Part shown: positions 20,983 through 30,477 of the stretch, one piece after another
Numbering within the stretch: position 1 is the stretch's first letter
Layout: each line of letters opens with the position of its first letter
NCBI GenBank assembly: GCA_001784285.1
Contig: MFQC01000011.1
Location: 67,640-131,639, forward strand
Source: Candidatus Magasanikbacteria bacterium RIFCSPHIGHO2_02_FULL_48_18
GTDB lineage: Bacteria > Patescibacteriota > Patescibacteriia > Magasanikbacterales > UBA922
Length of the DNA: 64,000 bases
Direction: 5' to 3'
Position numbers and translations under genes: made by a program
Notes under the pieces: model-generated
Told to the model about the DNA's origin: nothing
The model's database searches: none
Seen by the model: only the letters and a program-made list of their open reading frames with translations

Positions 20983-21792
20983 TTATATTTTTTTTCTTTG
21001 AAAGAGAAACCAATTGTTTGCGAGGCCGCTCGCGGATTTGATATTCACCAATTGAAAATCAGGAAAATGAGACCGCATAAATGTAAAGACTTCTTCGACG
21101 TTTGCATACTCGTATGGATACCCCCCCAACCAGTCGGTGACATCTCTCCGCCAGCTCATCCCGCGCTTTTTTTTGTACGTCATAATTTGTTTGATATAGG
21201 TTCCCAGACGAAAAAAATTCAATAGAAAACACAGGACAATATAGCCCGGTTCAATAACATATTTTCCAAAAAACGGATGCTTGTTGTAAAACTTTTTTAC
21301 ACCAAGCCAAAATCGGGAGCCCAAAACCCCGCCAATATTGTTGTACAAGGCAATGTAAAAAAAACCGCCCTCATTGACGAGATGCGCCGCGTTTTCTATA
21401 GCCTGCCACATATTGCCCGTATGATGAAGCACGCCCCACGAATAGACCAGATCAAACGTCCCAAGCGGGGAAAGAAAGGTCTTGTCCAATACCGACCCAT
21501 GGCACACGGTCCAATTGGACGGATTTCCTGCCTTCTGCTTCATATATTCGCCGCACTTCACTGAAAATGGGTCCACATCAAAACTGACAATCTCCTTTGC
21601 GCGCATCTGAAACATGACATATGAAAAAATACCGGATCCGCACCCAATATCCAATACGCGCTTGTCTTGAAAATGATCTACCCCCATAAAATTTTTTATG
21701 GAAGACGCCGCAATGGATATTTTTTCATCGGTCAATGTCTTGAGAAAGTGTTCCCAATTTTTTCCAAATGAAAATGTAATTTTGTCTGTCAT
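20983..21792 (-). CDS. Class I SAM methyltransferase
   Basis: FSFGKNW, VLDIGCGSG, YSWGVLHHTG, DWLGGYPYEYA. Confidence 0.9.
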   Translation of the reverse strand: MTDKITFSFGKNWEHFLKTLTDEKISIAASSIKNFMGVDHFQDKRVLDIGCGSGIFSYVMFQMRAKEIVSFDVDPFSVKCGEYMKQKAGNPSNWTVCHGSVLDKTFLSPLGTFDLVYSWGVLHHTGNMWQAIENAAHLVNEGGFFYIALYNNIGGVLGSRFWLGVKKFYNKHPFFGKYVIEPGYIVLCFLLNFFRLGTYIKQIMTYKKKRGMSWRRDVTDWLGGYPYEYANVEEVFTFMRSHFPDFQLVNIKSASGLANNWFLFQRKKI

Positions 21793-21811
21793 ACACGAAT
21801 ATCAAAAAAAA

Positions 21812-22981
21812 TTATAATTCATTCTTCAATACTGCCCCGTGCTCCTCCCACGAAAAAGACTGCACAAAATTGGCAATCTCTGCGCCGGCGAGGGCGTGGC
21901 CGCGCTCATTCCAATGCCCATCAGAAAGCAAGTGCAATTCTTGGCCTGTTTTTTCGAAGGTATCTTTAAAAATAGGAAGAAGATCAAGATACGGAATATT
22001 ATTTTTTTGGGTCAATTCGCTCAGCATGGCGCTTGGTTTTTCAAAATCCCAACATTTTTTTTCCATGGCAGGATATTGTTCTTTCATAGCATGCAACGCT
22101 TCATCCCCATGAATCTGCGCGTAACTTGTCCCATGAACCAATACAAAATCCGCCCCCAGCTGAGCAACCTCATCATGCATCGCGCGAAGCAATTGTGTTG
22201 TGACATCCCATGCGGCGGCCCACTCATCGGAAAGCGCACACTCATAGACAAAATAATCCGTGGGAATATCCCCACGCACCAGATGCGATTGAAATATGGG
22301 AAGCTTTTTTGAATGCAAAATCACAAAGCGGTATAGATGAGAAACACGAAGAAAAAATTGATTGGCTCTGCGCCACAAATTTTCCGGAGGGGTTTCCGGA
22401 GGGACCATCTGCAGGCCGTTGGCATCGGAAATAAAATATGGCTTGTGCCTTTCTCCCTCCAGCGCAAACGCATTATTGCGCACATCATTTGCAGAGGTAA
22501 AGAGCACAATAACCACATCCGGTGAAAACTCCTTTACCACGTTTGACCATAACAGATACTCCTGAGCTGTTCCATACCCGCTCACTCCGAAGGAAAGCAC
22601 GTCATACGTTTGTGTCGGGTCATCTTCCTGGAGCGCCTCTTCGAGCACAGAAGAAAACATGGCCTCAGGAGAAACTTGAAATGCTTCCACATAGGAATCT
22701 CCCAAAACCGCGATCCGCCTAACTCCAGCGGGTTTCTCTCGCGGCGCATCCCACCCTCGAAAACCAAACTGATTTATCCGTATGGGAATAGTATTATTTT
22801 CTGCTCTCCATACCCCTTCTCGAAGAGGAATAAGGCGACTTCCGAGCGTTGGATCGTGCTCATAAAAATGGCCGCTCTGAGGAATACCAATGCGGAAAAT
22901 TACTTCAAGAACAAGCAAAAACAAAAAAAAACTCCCCAGGCTAACCATTGTATTTTGCACAAAAACTCGTCCGCGCATCAT
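21812..22981 (-). CDS. SGNH/GDSL hydrolase family protein, membrane-anchored
   Basis: LGDSYVEA, FGVSGYGT, ND and DGHWNERGH blocks; N-terminal TM helix. Confidence 0.85.
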   Translation of the reverse strand: MMRGRVFVQNTMVSLGSFFLFLLVLEVIFRIGIPQSGHFYEHDPTLGSRLIPLREGVWRAENNTIPIRINQFGFRGWDAPREKPAGVRRIAVLGDSYVEAFQVSPEAMFSSVLEEALQEDDPTQTYDVLSFGVSGYGTAQEYLLWSNVVKEFSPDVVIVLFTSANDVRNNAFALEGERHKPYFISDANGLQMVPPETPPENLWRRANQFFLRVSHLYRFVILHSKKLPIFQSHLVRGDIPTDYFVYECALSDEWAAAWDVTTQLLRAMHDEVAQLGADFVLVHGTSYAQIHGDEALHAMKEQYPAMEKKCWDFEKPSAMLSELTQKNNIPYLDLLPIFKDTFEKTGQELHLLSDGHWNERGHALAGAEIANFVQSFSWEEHGAVLKNEL

Positions 22982-23016
22982 ACGATATAAAAGTATACCT
23001 TTTCCAGATCCACGGG

Positions 23017-23961
23017 TCAATCCATCACGACATGTCGAAAGTAGGAGACCGTCTTCTCCAGTCCTTCTCGCAATGGCACCCTCGGCTCCCATCCAAAATA
23101 CTCCTTTGCCAACCCAATATCCGGCTTCCGTCGTTTTGGATCATCCTCAGGAAGCGGCTTGGAGACAATCGTACTCGTACTTTCCGGAATCAAAGACAAA
23201 ATCGTTTGTGCAAGCTGCGTCATAGAAAATTCTTCCGGATTGCCGATATTCACCGGCCCAATAAAATTGTCTGTATTATTCATCATGCGAATCATTCCTT
23301 CAACCAGGTCATCCACATATTGAAAACTCCTGGTTTGCGATCCGTCACCATAAATGGTAATTGGTTCGTTTTTCAACGCCTGCACAATAAAATTGGATAC
23401 GACCCTACCATCGTTTGGGTGCATGTTTGGTCCATAGGTATTAAAAATGCGAACAATACGAATGGGAACGTTATGCTGCCGGTGATAATCGACACACAGT
23501 GATTCGGCGCATCGTTTGCCCTCATCATAACACGAACGAATGCCGACCGGATTCACATTGCCCCAGTAGGTTTCTTTTTGAGGATGTTCCAGCGGGTCGC
23601 CATAGACTTCTGAGGTCGAAGCCTGCAAAAGGCAGGCATTCGTCTTTTTGGCCAACCCCAGCATATTGAGCGTGCCGATGACATTGGTTTTAATGGTTTT
23701 GACCGGGTTATATTGATAATGAATCGGAGACGCCGGACAAGCTAAATGGTATATTTGTTCAACTTCCGCCGAAAAATGAGTTGTGATGTCATGTTCAATA
23801 AGTTCAAAACGGCTATGTGCTTCCAAATCGGCAATATTTTCTCTTTTGCCCGTAAAAAAATTGTCGACACATAATACATGATGGCCGTCAAGAACCAAAC
23901 GATGGCACAGATGAGAACCAATAAATCCGGCCCCGCCCGTAACCAAAATGCGTTTTGACAT
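23017..23961 (-). CDS. UDP-glucuronic acid decarboxylase (UXS-like)
   Basis: [43 protein letters not shown]. Confidence 0.92.
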   Translation of the reverse strand: MSKRILVTGGAGFIGSHLCHRLVLDGHHVLCVDNFFTGKRENIADLEAHSRFELIEHDITTHFSAEVEQIYHLACPASPIHYQYNPVKTIKTNVIGTLNMLGLAKKTNACLLQASTSEVYGDPLEHPQKETYWGNVNPVGIRSCYDEGKRCAESLCVDYHRQHNVPIRIVRIFNTYGPNMHPNDGRVVSNFIVQALKNEPITIYGDGSQTRSFQYVDDLVEGMIRMMNNTDNFIGPVNIGNPEEFSMTQLAQTILSLIPESTSTIVSKPLPEDDPKRRKPDIGLAKEYFGWEPRVPLREGLEKTVSYFRHVVMD

Positions 23962-23973
23962 ACATTGCAATAA

Positions 23974-24960
23974 TCAATACTCTTCTTTTTCTGTTTCAAA
24001 GTTTATTTTTTGCTTTATGACATAGAGCGGCCTATTGGCCACTTCGTGATGAATTTGTCCAATATAGAGGGCAATAAACCCAAGACAGCTCAATACAATG
24101 CCGATTAAAAACATATTGAGGACAGCAAGCTGTGCCGTACCCGTAAAATCAAGCGACCAGCGGTGAAAAAGATACTGGGTCGCAAAAATAAATATGCCCA
24201 AAAGCCCGGAAAATACCGTGATGCCCATGCCAAGATACCCGGCGATTTTTAACGGAAACAAACTGTAGGCGGCAAACGTATCCATTGCCAAACTCCATCG
24301 TTTTTTGCCTGCGTATGTCGCTTTCCCAATTTTTCTCCCCGGATTGATAAACGGAACATACACGGTTGGAAATCCAAGCCAATCAATAAGGCCACGGGTC
24401 ATGCGGTCGTGCTCGGTGAATTTCTTGAATTCAAGAACGACCGCCCGGTCGAGCAGGCGAAAATCCGTGGCATTCGGAACAAACTCGCCGGATCGATCCG
24501 CAATGCGGGCCATCAGCGAATAAAAAATCCACGAACTGAAACGGGTAAAAAATGGCCGCTCATTTTTGTTCTCCCGCACGCCAACCACAATTTTTGCTCC
24601 ACTTCTCCAATGATCCAAAAAAGAAGGAATATATTCCGGCGGATGCTCAAAATCCGCGTCCATGACGAGACACGCGTCGCCTGAGGCGGCGATAATGCCA
24701 GCGGTGGTTGCCATTTCTTTTCCAAAATTTCGGGTAAAGGTTATCACGCGAACATTCGGATCACGGGTTGCCAATCGAGACAGTATTTCGGGCGAACGAT
24801 CGGTGCTTCCGTCATCCACAAAAATAAACTCAGGTGCGATGTGCTCCAATGGCGCTAGCGTAACCGACGCCACGACCTGTATGATCCGATCATACAAATT
24901 TTCAATGGCATGTTCTTCATTGAAAACCGGAATAATGAGAGAAACAACGGGTCTCGGCAT
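23974..24960 (-). CDS. GT2 polyprenol-phosphate glycosyltransferase (GtrB/ArnC-like)
   Basis: VDDGSTD, RNFGKE, MDADFEHPP, DFRLLDR, two C-terminal TM helices. Confidence 0.9.
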   Translation of the reverse strand: MPRPVVSLIIPVFNEEHAIENLYDRIIQVVASVTLAPLEHIAPEFIFVDDGSTDRSPEILSRLATRDPNVRVITFTRNFGKEMATTAGIIAASGDACLVMDADFEHPPEYIPSFLDHWRSGAKIVVGVRENKNERPFFTRFSSWIFYSLMARIADRSGEFVPNATDFRLLDRAVVLEFKKFTEHDRMTRGLIDWLGFPTVYVPFINPGRKIGKATYAGKKRWSLAMDTFAAYSLFPLKIAGYLGMGITVFSGLLGIFIFATQYLFHRWSLDFTGTAQLAVLNMFLIGIVLSCLGFIALYIGQIHHEVANRPLYVIKQKINFETEKEEY

Positions 24961-25002
24961 ATGGTATGTTGCCAGTGGCAAAACTATGGAGAGCGGCTTT
25001 AC

Positions 25003-25039
25003 TTCTTCCCGGCTACTATTTCTTCCCAGCTACTATTTC
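25003..25039. repeat. 17-bp tandem duplication of the fusA 3' end
   Basis: TTCCCGGCTACTATTTC (25006-25022) followed by TTCCCAGCTACTATTTC (25023-25039). Confidence 0.85.
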
Positions 25040-27091
25040 AGCCTCGACATTCTTTGGGACTTCTGCATAATGGCTGAATTCCATGCTGGAGCTGGCGCGT
25101 CCTTGGGTAATGGATCGCAAATTCGTAACATACCCAAACATTTCCGCGAGTGGAACCAGAGCGCGCACCACTTTCACCTGGCCACGATCGGTCATTTCTT
25201 GAATCTGTCCGCGTTTGGAACTAAGGTCCCCGACCACATCTCCCATGTGCTGTTCCGGGGTCGTGACTTCGATTTTCATGATTGGCTCAAGGATAACCGG
25301 CTGGGCTTTTTTTACCGCGGCCTGGAATGCGATGCTTCCGGCCATTTTAAACGCAATTTCCGAGGAGTCAACTTCATGATAACTCCCGTCATAGACCGTG
25401 GCTTTGACGTCAACGATCGGGTATCCGGCCACGACTCCTTTATCAATGGCTTCCTTCACTCCTTTTTGGATGGCAGGGATATATTCCCTCGGAATAATAC
25501 CTCCTTTGATCACATCCACAAATTCAAAGCCTTCGCCGCGCTCGCGCGGCTCAATCTTAATCCAGCAATGCCCGTACTGTCCGCGACCGCCCGATTGTTT
25601 GATATATTTTCCTTCAGCCTCAGCCGTGGTTTTAATGGTTTCTTTGTATGCCACCTGGGGGGCGCCGACATTTGCCCCAACGCCAAACTCTCGTTTCATG
25701 CGGTCAACCAAAATATCAAGGTGCAACTCCCCCATTCCGGAAATAATGGTTTGAAGGGTTTCTTCATCGGTATGAATTTTGAAGGAGGGGTCCTCATCGG
25801 CAAGTTTTTGGAGTGCCATGCCCATTTTTTCTTGGTCTGCTTTTGTCTTGGGTTCAATGGCAACGGAAATAACCGGCTCAGGAAATGTAATTTTTTCCAA
25901 CACAACCGGCCGATCTTCAAAACAAAGCGTGTCACCGGTTTTGACATTTTTCAATCCAATCGCGGCCGCGATATCGCCGGAATGCACTTCGTTGATTTCT
26001 TCGCGTGTATTGGCATGCAAGCGCACCAATCGGCCAATGCGTTCTTTTTCACCGGTCGTGGTATTCAATACGTAACTCCCTGCGTTCAATGTGCCCGCAT
26101 AGACACGAATAAAAATCAGGCGTCCGACGTAAGGGTCGCTTGCCACTTTAAACGCAAATGCAGAAAGCGGCGATGCGTCATCCGGAACAATTTCAATCTT
26201 TTTTTCTTCGTCATCGGGATCGGTGCCAATGACCGGAGGCAAATCAAGCGGAGAAGGCAAATATGCCACCACCCCGTCCAATACGAACTGCACTCCGATG
26301 TTGCCAAGGGCCGATCCGCAAAAGACAGGGTAACAGCCATCTCGAATAACCATGGAGCGAATGCCATGTTTTATTTCAGGGATCGAAAGTTCTTGACCGC
26401 CAAGATATTTGTCCATGAGTTCTTCGCTCGCTTCGGCCACTTTTTCGAGGAGGGTCGCGCGATATGCCGCAACCGATTCTTTCATATCGTCGGGAATAGG
26501 CATCTCGACCACGTTTATGCCGTGGTCGCCTTCAAACCGATACGCTTTCTGTTCAATAAGGTCGATAATCCCGGAAAAAGAAGATTCCGCGCCAATCGGC
26601 AATTGCACCGCAAACGCCTTATTGGACAATCGCTCCTGAATGGACGCGAGGCTCATAAAAAAATCCGCCCCCATTTTGTCCATTTTGTTGACAAAGCAGA
26701 TGCGCGGCACATGGTATTTGTCGGCCTGCCGCCATACGGTCTCGGACTGCGGCTCCACTCCTTGAGAGCCATCAAACACCGCGACCGCGCCGTCGAGAAC
26801 GCGCAACGAGCGCTCAACTTCCACGGTAAAGTCAACGTGCCCGGGCGTATCGATGATATTGATGAGATGGTCTTTCCAAAAACATGTGGTGGCGGCGCTC
26901 GTAATGGTGATGCCTCGCTCTTTTTCCTGCGCCATCCAGTCCATTTCTGCGGCGCCTTCGTGCACTTCTCCAATTTTATGTTTTTTTCCTGTATAAAAAA
27001 GGACGCGTTCGGTGGTAGTGGTTTTCCCCGCGTCAATATGGGCCATAATTCCGATGTTCCGAGTTTTTTCAAGGGTATATTCTCTAGGCAT
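25016..27091 (-). CDS. fusA: Elongation factor G
   Basis: [44 protein letters not shown]. Confidence 0.99.
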   Translation of the reverse strand: MPREYTLEKTRNIGIMAHIDAGKTTTTERVLFYTGKKHKIGEVHEGAAEMDWMAQEKERGITITSAATTCFWKDHLINIIDTPGHVDFTVEVERSLRVLDGAVAVFDGSQGVEPQSETVWRQADKYHVPRICFVNKMDKMGADFFMSLASIQERLSNKAFAVQLPIGAESSFSGIIDLIEQKAYRFEGDHGINVVEMPIPDDMKESVAAYRATLLEKVAEASEELMDKYLGGQELSIPEIKHGIRSMVIRDGCYPVFCGSALGNIGVQFVLDGVVAYLPSPLDLPPVIGTDPDDEEKKIEIVPDDASPLSAFAFKVASDPYVGRLIFIRVYAGTLNAGSYVLNTTTGEKERIGRLVRLHANTREEINEVHSGDIAAAIGLKNVKTGDTLCFEDRPVVLEKITFPEPVISVAIEPKTKADQEKMGMALQKLADEDPSFKIHTDEETLQTIISGMGELHLDILVDRMKREFGVGANVGAPQVAYKETIKTTAEAEGKYIKQSGGRGQYGHCWIKIEPRERGEGFEFVDVIKGGIIPREYIPAIQKGVKEAIDKGVVAGYPIVDVKATVYDGSYHEVDSSEIAFKMAGSIAFQAAVKKAQPVILEPIMKIEVTTPEQHMGDVVGDLSSKRGQIQEMTDRGQVKVVRALVPLAEMFGYVTNLRSITQGRASSSMEFSHYAEVPKNVEAEIVAGKK

Positions 27092-27094
27092 ATA

Positions 27095-27589
27095 TCATGA
27101 TTTCTTTTTGGTTGATCGAAAACGAGCAAAGTGAGCGAACGCGCGGTTTGCTTCGGCCATGCGGTTCACGTCCTCTTTCTTTTTCATGGCCGCGCCAACG
27201 CCATCAAGAATGTCTGACAGCTCGGACGCCAGCCGGTCAACCATGGATTTGCCTTTTCGTGTTCGCGCGGCGGCAGTAAGCCAGCGAAACGCGAGTGCGT
27301 TTTGGCGGCCCGGCGGAACAGGCATCGGCACCTGGTAATTTGCGCCCCCAACCCGTCGAGACCGCACCTCGACTGAGGGTTTCAATTTTTCAACCGCTTC
27401 TTCAAACAATTTCAATGGCGGTTCTTTTCTTTTTTCTTCCAAAAGAGAAAGCGCCCCGTACACAATTTTTTGAGCAACGGTTTTCTTGCCTCGTTCCATC
27501 ACAAAATTGATAAATTTTGCGATGATCTCACTGTGATATAACGGATCCGGTTCAATAACCCGTCGTGGTGCGGATTTGCCTCGTGACAT
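27095..27589 (-). CDS. rpsG: 30S ribosomal protein S7
   Basis: EVRSRRVGGANYQVP, MAEANRAFAHF. Confidence 0.98.
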   Translation of the reverse strand: MSRGKSAPRRVIEPDPLYHSEIIAKFINFVMERGKKTVAQKIVYGALSLLEEKRKEPPLKLFEEAVEKLKPSVEVRSRRVGGANYQVPMPVPPGRQNALAFRWLTAAARTRKGKSMVDRLASELSDILDGVGAAMKKKEDVNRMAEANRAFAHFARFRSTKKKS

Positions 27590-27609
27590 ACGCAAAAAAA
27601 ATTAACAAA

Positions 27610-28029
27610 TTATTTCTTTGGCCGCTTGGCCCCGTATTTGCTTCGACCGCGTTTGCGATCCTTCACACCTTGTGTGTCGTACACGCCACGAACAATGTGG
27701 TATCGCACGCCCGGAAGGTCTTTCACACGGCCGCCGCGAATAAGCACAATGGAGTGTTCTTGCAAATTGTGGCCTTCGCCCGGAATATACGCAATCACTT
27801 CCATACCATTCGAAAGGCGCACCTTCGCGACTTTTCGAAGCGCGGAGTTTGGTTTCTTTGGGGTTGCGGTATACACTTTGGTACACACTCCGCGTTTAAA
27901 TGGTGCTCCACGACGCAAGTCTGTTTTTTTGCGGTGCAAGCTGTCGTACGTGAACTGCAAGGCCGGAGATTTCGACTTTTCAACCTTGGATGTTCGTCCT
28001 TTTTTGAGAATTTGGTTCATCGTAGGCAT
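27610..28029 (-). CDS. rpsL: 30S ribosomal protein S12
   Basis: [28 protein letters not shown]. Confidence 0.99.
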   Translation of the reverse strand: MPTMNQILKKGRTSKVEKSKSPALQFTYDSLHRKKTDLRRGAPFKRGVCTKVYTATPKKPNSALRKVAKVRLSNGMEVIAYIPGEGHNLQEHSIVLIRGGRVKDLPGVRYHIVRGVYDTQGVKDRKRGRSKYGAKRPKK

Positions 28030-28059
28030 ACGGATGATGTGGATAAAAAAACTAAATAT

Positions 28060-28162
28060 AAAAAAATCGAACGAATCGTTCGATTGAGTGCTTTCTTGCG
28101 AGAGACAAAATCGAACGGCGCGCAAACGCTCTTCTCCCGCCATACGACGGGATACTCCGTTC
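28060..28162 (-). promoter_or_regulatory. Putative attenuator leader of rpsL-rpsG-fusA (3-way junction, antiterminator, terminator)
   Basis: Terminator AAUCGAACG-AUU-CGUUCGAUU-U run; a second upstream CGUUCGAUU overlaps the GAACGG/CCGUUC stem. Confidence 0.75.
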
Positions 28163-28183
28163 TGTACATGATAGTGTGGCAAT

Positions 28184-28212
28184 ACTATACCGGAAGAGAA
28201 AAAAGATGTCAA
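28184..28212 (-). promoter_or_regulatory. Sigma70 promoter of the rpsL operon
   Basis: TTGACA-17 nt-TATAGT on the minus strand. Confidence 0.85.
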
Positions 28213-28236
28213 GTGATAGGCGCTGAACAGCGGCCG

Positions 28237-28833
28237 TCAAAATCCCATAAACACCCCATTCAAAAAACTGATAACCGGTCTCAAAATTGGAAAAAAGAAA
28301 AAGATAAAAAGGATGAGCAAGATAAACCCGTATCGCTCAAGCGTTATCTTCAGATTGCGCAGTGAGTCTGGGAAAATCGCAAACAACACTTTTGACCCAT
28401 CAAGCGGTGGAATGGGGACTAAATTGAATACGCCAAGGAGCACGTTCGCCTGGACGATAATGGAGAAAAAAGCAGTTAATGATCCTACGGGATACAAGCG
28501 GACCAGCAAACCAAAAACCGCCGCGAGAACAAAGTTGGACAACGGCCCGGCAATAGCGACCAATGCCGGCCCTTTGGTTTGATCGCGCAAATTGTATGGA
28601 TTGTACGGCACCGGTTTTGCATACGCAAAAAGCATGCCCGTCGGGATAAGAAGAAGCGGCAATAAGACGGATCCAAAAAGATCAATATGCGCCAGCGGAT
28701 TTAAGGTGAGACGGCCTGCATACCGTGCGGTGGGATCGCCCAGCTGGTCTGCAACCCATCCATGCGAATATTCATGGATAATCGCAGAAAAAATGATAAT
28801 AACGATGAAAAAAATCATGGAAAAACCATCCAT
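28237..28833 (-). CDS. Site-2 protease (M50) family protein
   Basis: HEYSH, GDPTA, AGPLSN, FNLVPIPPLDG. Confidence 0.92.
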   Translation of the reverse strand: MDGFSMIFFIVIIIFSAIIHEYSHGWVADQLGDPTARYAGRLTLNPLAHIDLFGSVLLPLLLIPTGMLFAYAKPVPYNPYNLRDQTKGPALVAIAGPLSNFVLAAVFGLLVRLYPVGSLTAFFSIIVQANVLLGVFNLVPIPPLDGSKVLFAIFPDSLRNLKITLERYGFILLILFIFFFFPILRPVISFLNGVFMGF

Positions 28834-28838
28834 ATAAT

Positions 28839-28867
28839 TTGACAAAAAAATATTTTTCCTTTATACT
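28839..28867 (+). promoter_or_regulatory. Sigma70 promoter of rpmB
   Basis: TTGACA-17 nt-TATACT. Confidence 0.8.
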
Positions 28868-28966
28868 TGTTTCGACGTTGTTTGGTCTTTGGCCGCCTAT
28901 GCCAGTATATCTGCCCCTCAGCAATTGGTCAAAGAAAAACAGACTTTCACTTATTTGTTTTTTACT

Positions 28967-29128
28967 ATGGCACGCATGTGTTCTTCTTGCGGGAAAAAGT
29001 CAACCAAAGGCGCATCCCGAAGTCATTCTAAAATAAAAACTATCAAACGTCAAAACATCAACCTCCAAAAAATTGGCGGAAAGCTCCTGTGTTCGACCTG
29101 TGCCAGGACTATGATGAAAAAGGCGTAA
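28967..29128 (+). CDS. rpmB: 50S ribosomal protein L28 (short, CxxC form)
   Basis: MARMCSSCGK...SHSKIKTIKRQNINLQ...CSTC. Confidence 0.92.
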   Translation: MARMCSSCGKKSTKGASRSHSKIKTIKRQNINLQKIGGKLLCSTCARTMMKKA

Positions 29129-29154
29129 GAACACAAAAATGGGGCACTGCTTCT

Positions 29155-30477
29155 TCACGATGAAAGGTACTGCGTAATCGCCCCCGCTAACCGTTCATAC
29201 GTATCTTTCCGTTTCGCGTCGTCGCGCTCGAGTGTGGTCAATCGAAACCCATAATGCGGCGAATAAAATCCGGTTGCCGGAACGACGCAAATACCGGTCG
29301 CTCCCAAAAGATAGTAGGTAAACCGCTGATCCAACGGAAAATCCGAACGATTGACCGCTGACTCGATAAACGTTCGCACCGCGTCGTTTTCAATTGGAAG
29401 CGTTTGCCGATTGTTCAATACGCCTTCTTCAAACAGCGGCATCATATAAAATGCGCCATCCGTGCGATTGACCCGCATGCCCGGCACGCGAGAGAGTGTT
29501 TCCGCGATAAAATTGCCGTTTTTTTCAAGCTCCTGATTGTAGCCTGCAATCCATGCGGAAAATTCGGGATGGTCATACACGGCCCGAACAATAAATTGCG
29601 GCAAACTGGTCGAGCAGACTTCCATAAGAATGCGTTGCCGCAACGCGTCAGCATACGCGCGATATTCAGAATCAAGATCAATATCGTGAAATTCAATCCA
29701 TCCGCACCGTCCGCCGGGCCACGGGAGATCTTTGGACAGTCCCCGCAACACCACAAGAGGCACCCGGCCCGCGGCAATGTCCACAATATGCGTATGATGT
29801 TTGCCGTTGTACACCATCCGAAAATACACCTCGTCAGAAATGATGAATAAATTATATTTTTGCGCAAGAAGGACAATCTGCTCCAGCGTTTCTTTTTCAT
29901 ACACCGCGCCGGTTGGGTTGTTTGGGTTAATCAAAAGAATCGCGCCAACATCCGGATGCGCCACAATTTGCTGTTCGAGGTGTGCCATGTCCGGTTGCCA
30001 TCCATTGCGCGGATCAAGATGATAAGAAATTGGATCTTGTTTTTGAAAAAATGATTCCATGGATGAATGGGTGGGGTAACTTGGCGCCGGCTGTACCACA
30101 CGAAACCCTTGCGGTAGCATTTCATACACAAGCGCAATTGCCGATCCAAGGCCGCTCGTGAACAAGACGTATTCATAATCCAAGTTGGAGGAAGGACACA
30201 TTTTTTTTGCATGATCCACCACCCACTTGCGCACATCCGGCAATCCGCGAGAATGAGAATAGCCAAACACCTTGTCGCCCGGCCGCTGAATTTCTTGCAC
30301 AATGGCCTCTTTAAGAAAGGGAGGAACGGTCCAGCTTTTTGCGATTGGATCTCCGATATTTTCCATGACAAAAAATTTGGCAGGGTCAATCTCTTTCAAT
30401 TTTTGCACGACATCCACAATCTCACGAATTTGATATTTCAAAAAATGAACCTCCGGGTTATTGAGTGGCTGTCTCAT
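29155..30477 (-). CDS. PLP-dependent aminotransferase class I/II (AlaA-like)
   Basis: NIGDP, INPNNPTG, SDEVY, GLSK...PGGRCGW. Confidence 0.9.
   Translation of the reverse strand: MRQPLNNPEVHFLKYQIREIVDVVQKLKEIDPAKFFVMENIGDPIAKSWTVPPFLKEAIVQEIQRPGDKVFGYSHSRGLPDVRKWVVDHAKKMCPSSNLDYEYVLFTSGLGSAIALVYEMLPQGFRVVQPAPSYPTHSSMESFFQKQDPISYHLDPRNGWQPDMAHLEQQIVAHPDVGAILLINPNNPTGAVYEKETLEQIVLLAQKYNLFIISDEVYFRMVYNGKHHTHIVDIAAGRVPLVVLRGLSKDLPWPGGRCGWIEFHDIDLDSEYRAYADALRQRILMEVCSTSLPQFIVRAVYDHPEFSAWIAGYNQELEKNGNFIAETLSRVPGMRVNRTDGAFYMMPLFEEGVLNNRQTLPIENDAVRTFIESAVNRSDFPLDQRFTYYLLGATGICVVPATGFYSPHYGFRLTTLERDDAKRKDTYERLAGAITQYLSS

Noticed and set aside
24662..27100. 812-aa + strand ORF
   Set aside because: Antisense shadow of fusA arising from codon bias; no recognisable motifs
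27565..28365. 266-aa and 153-aa + strand ORFs
   Set aside because: Antisense to rpsL and its leader
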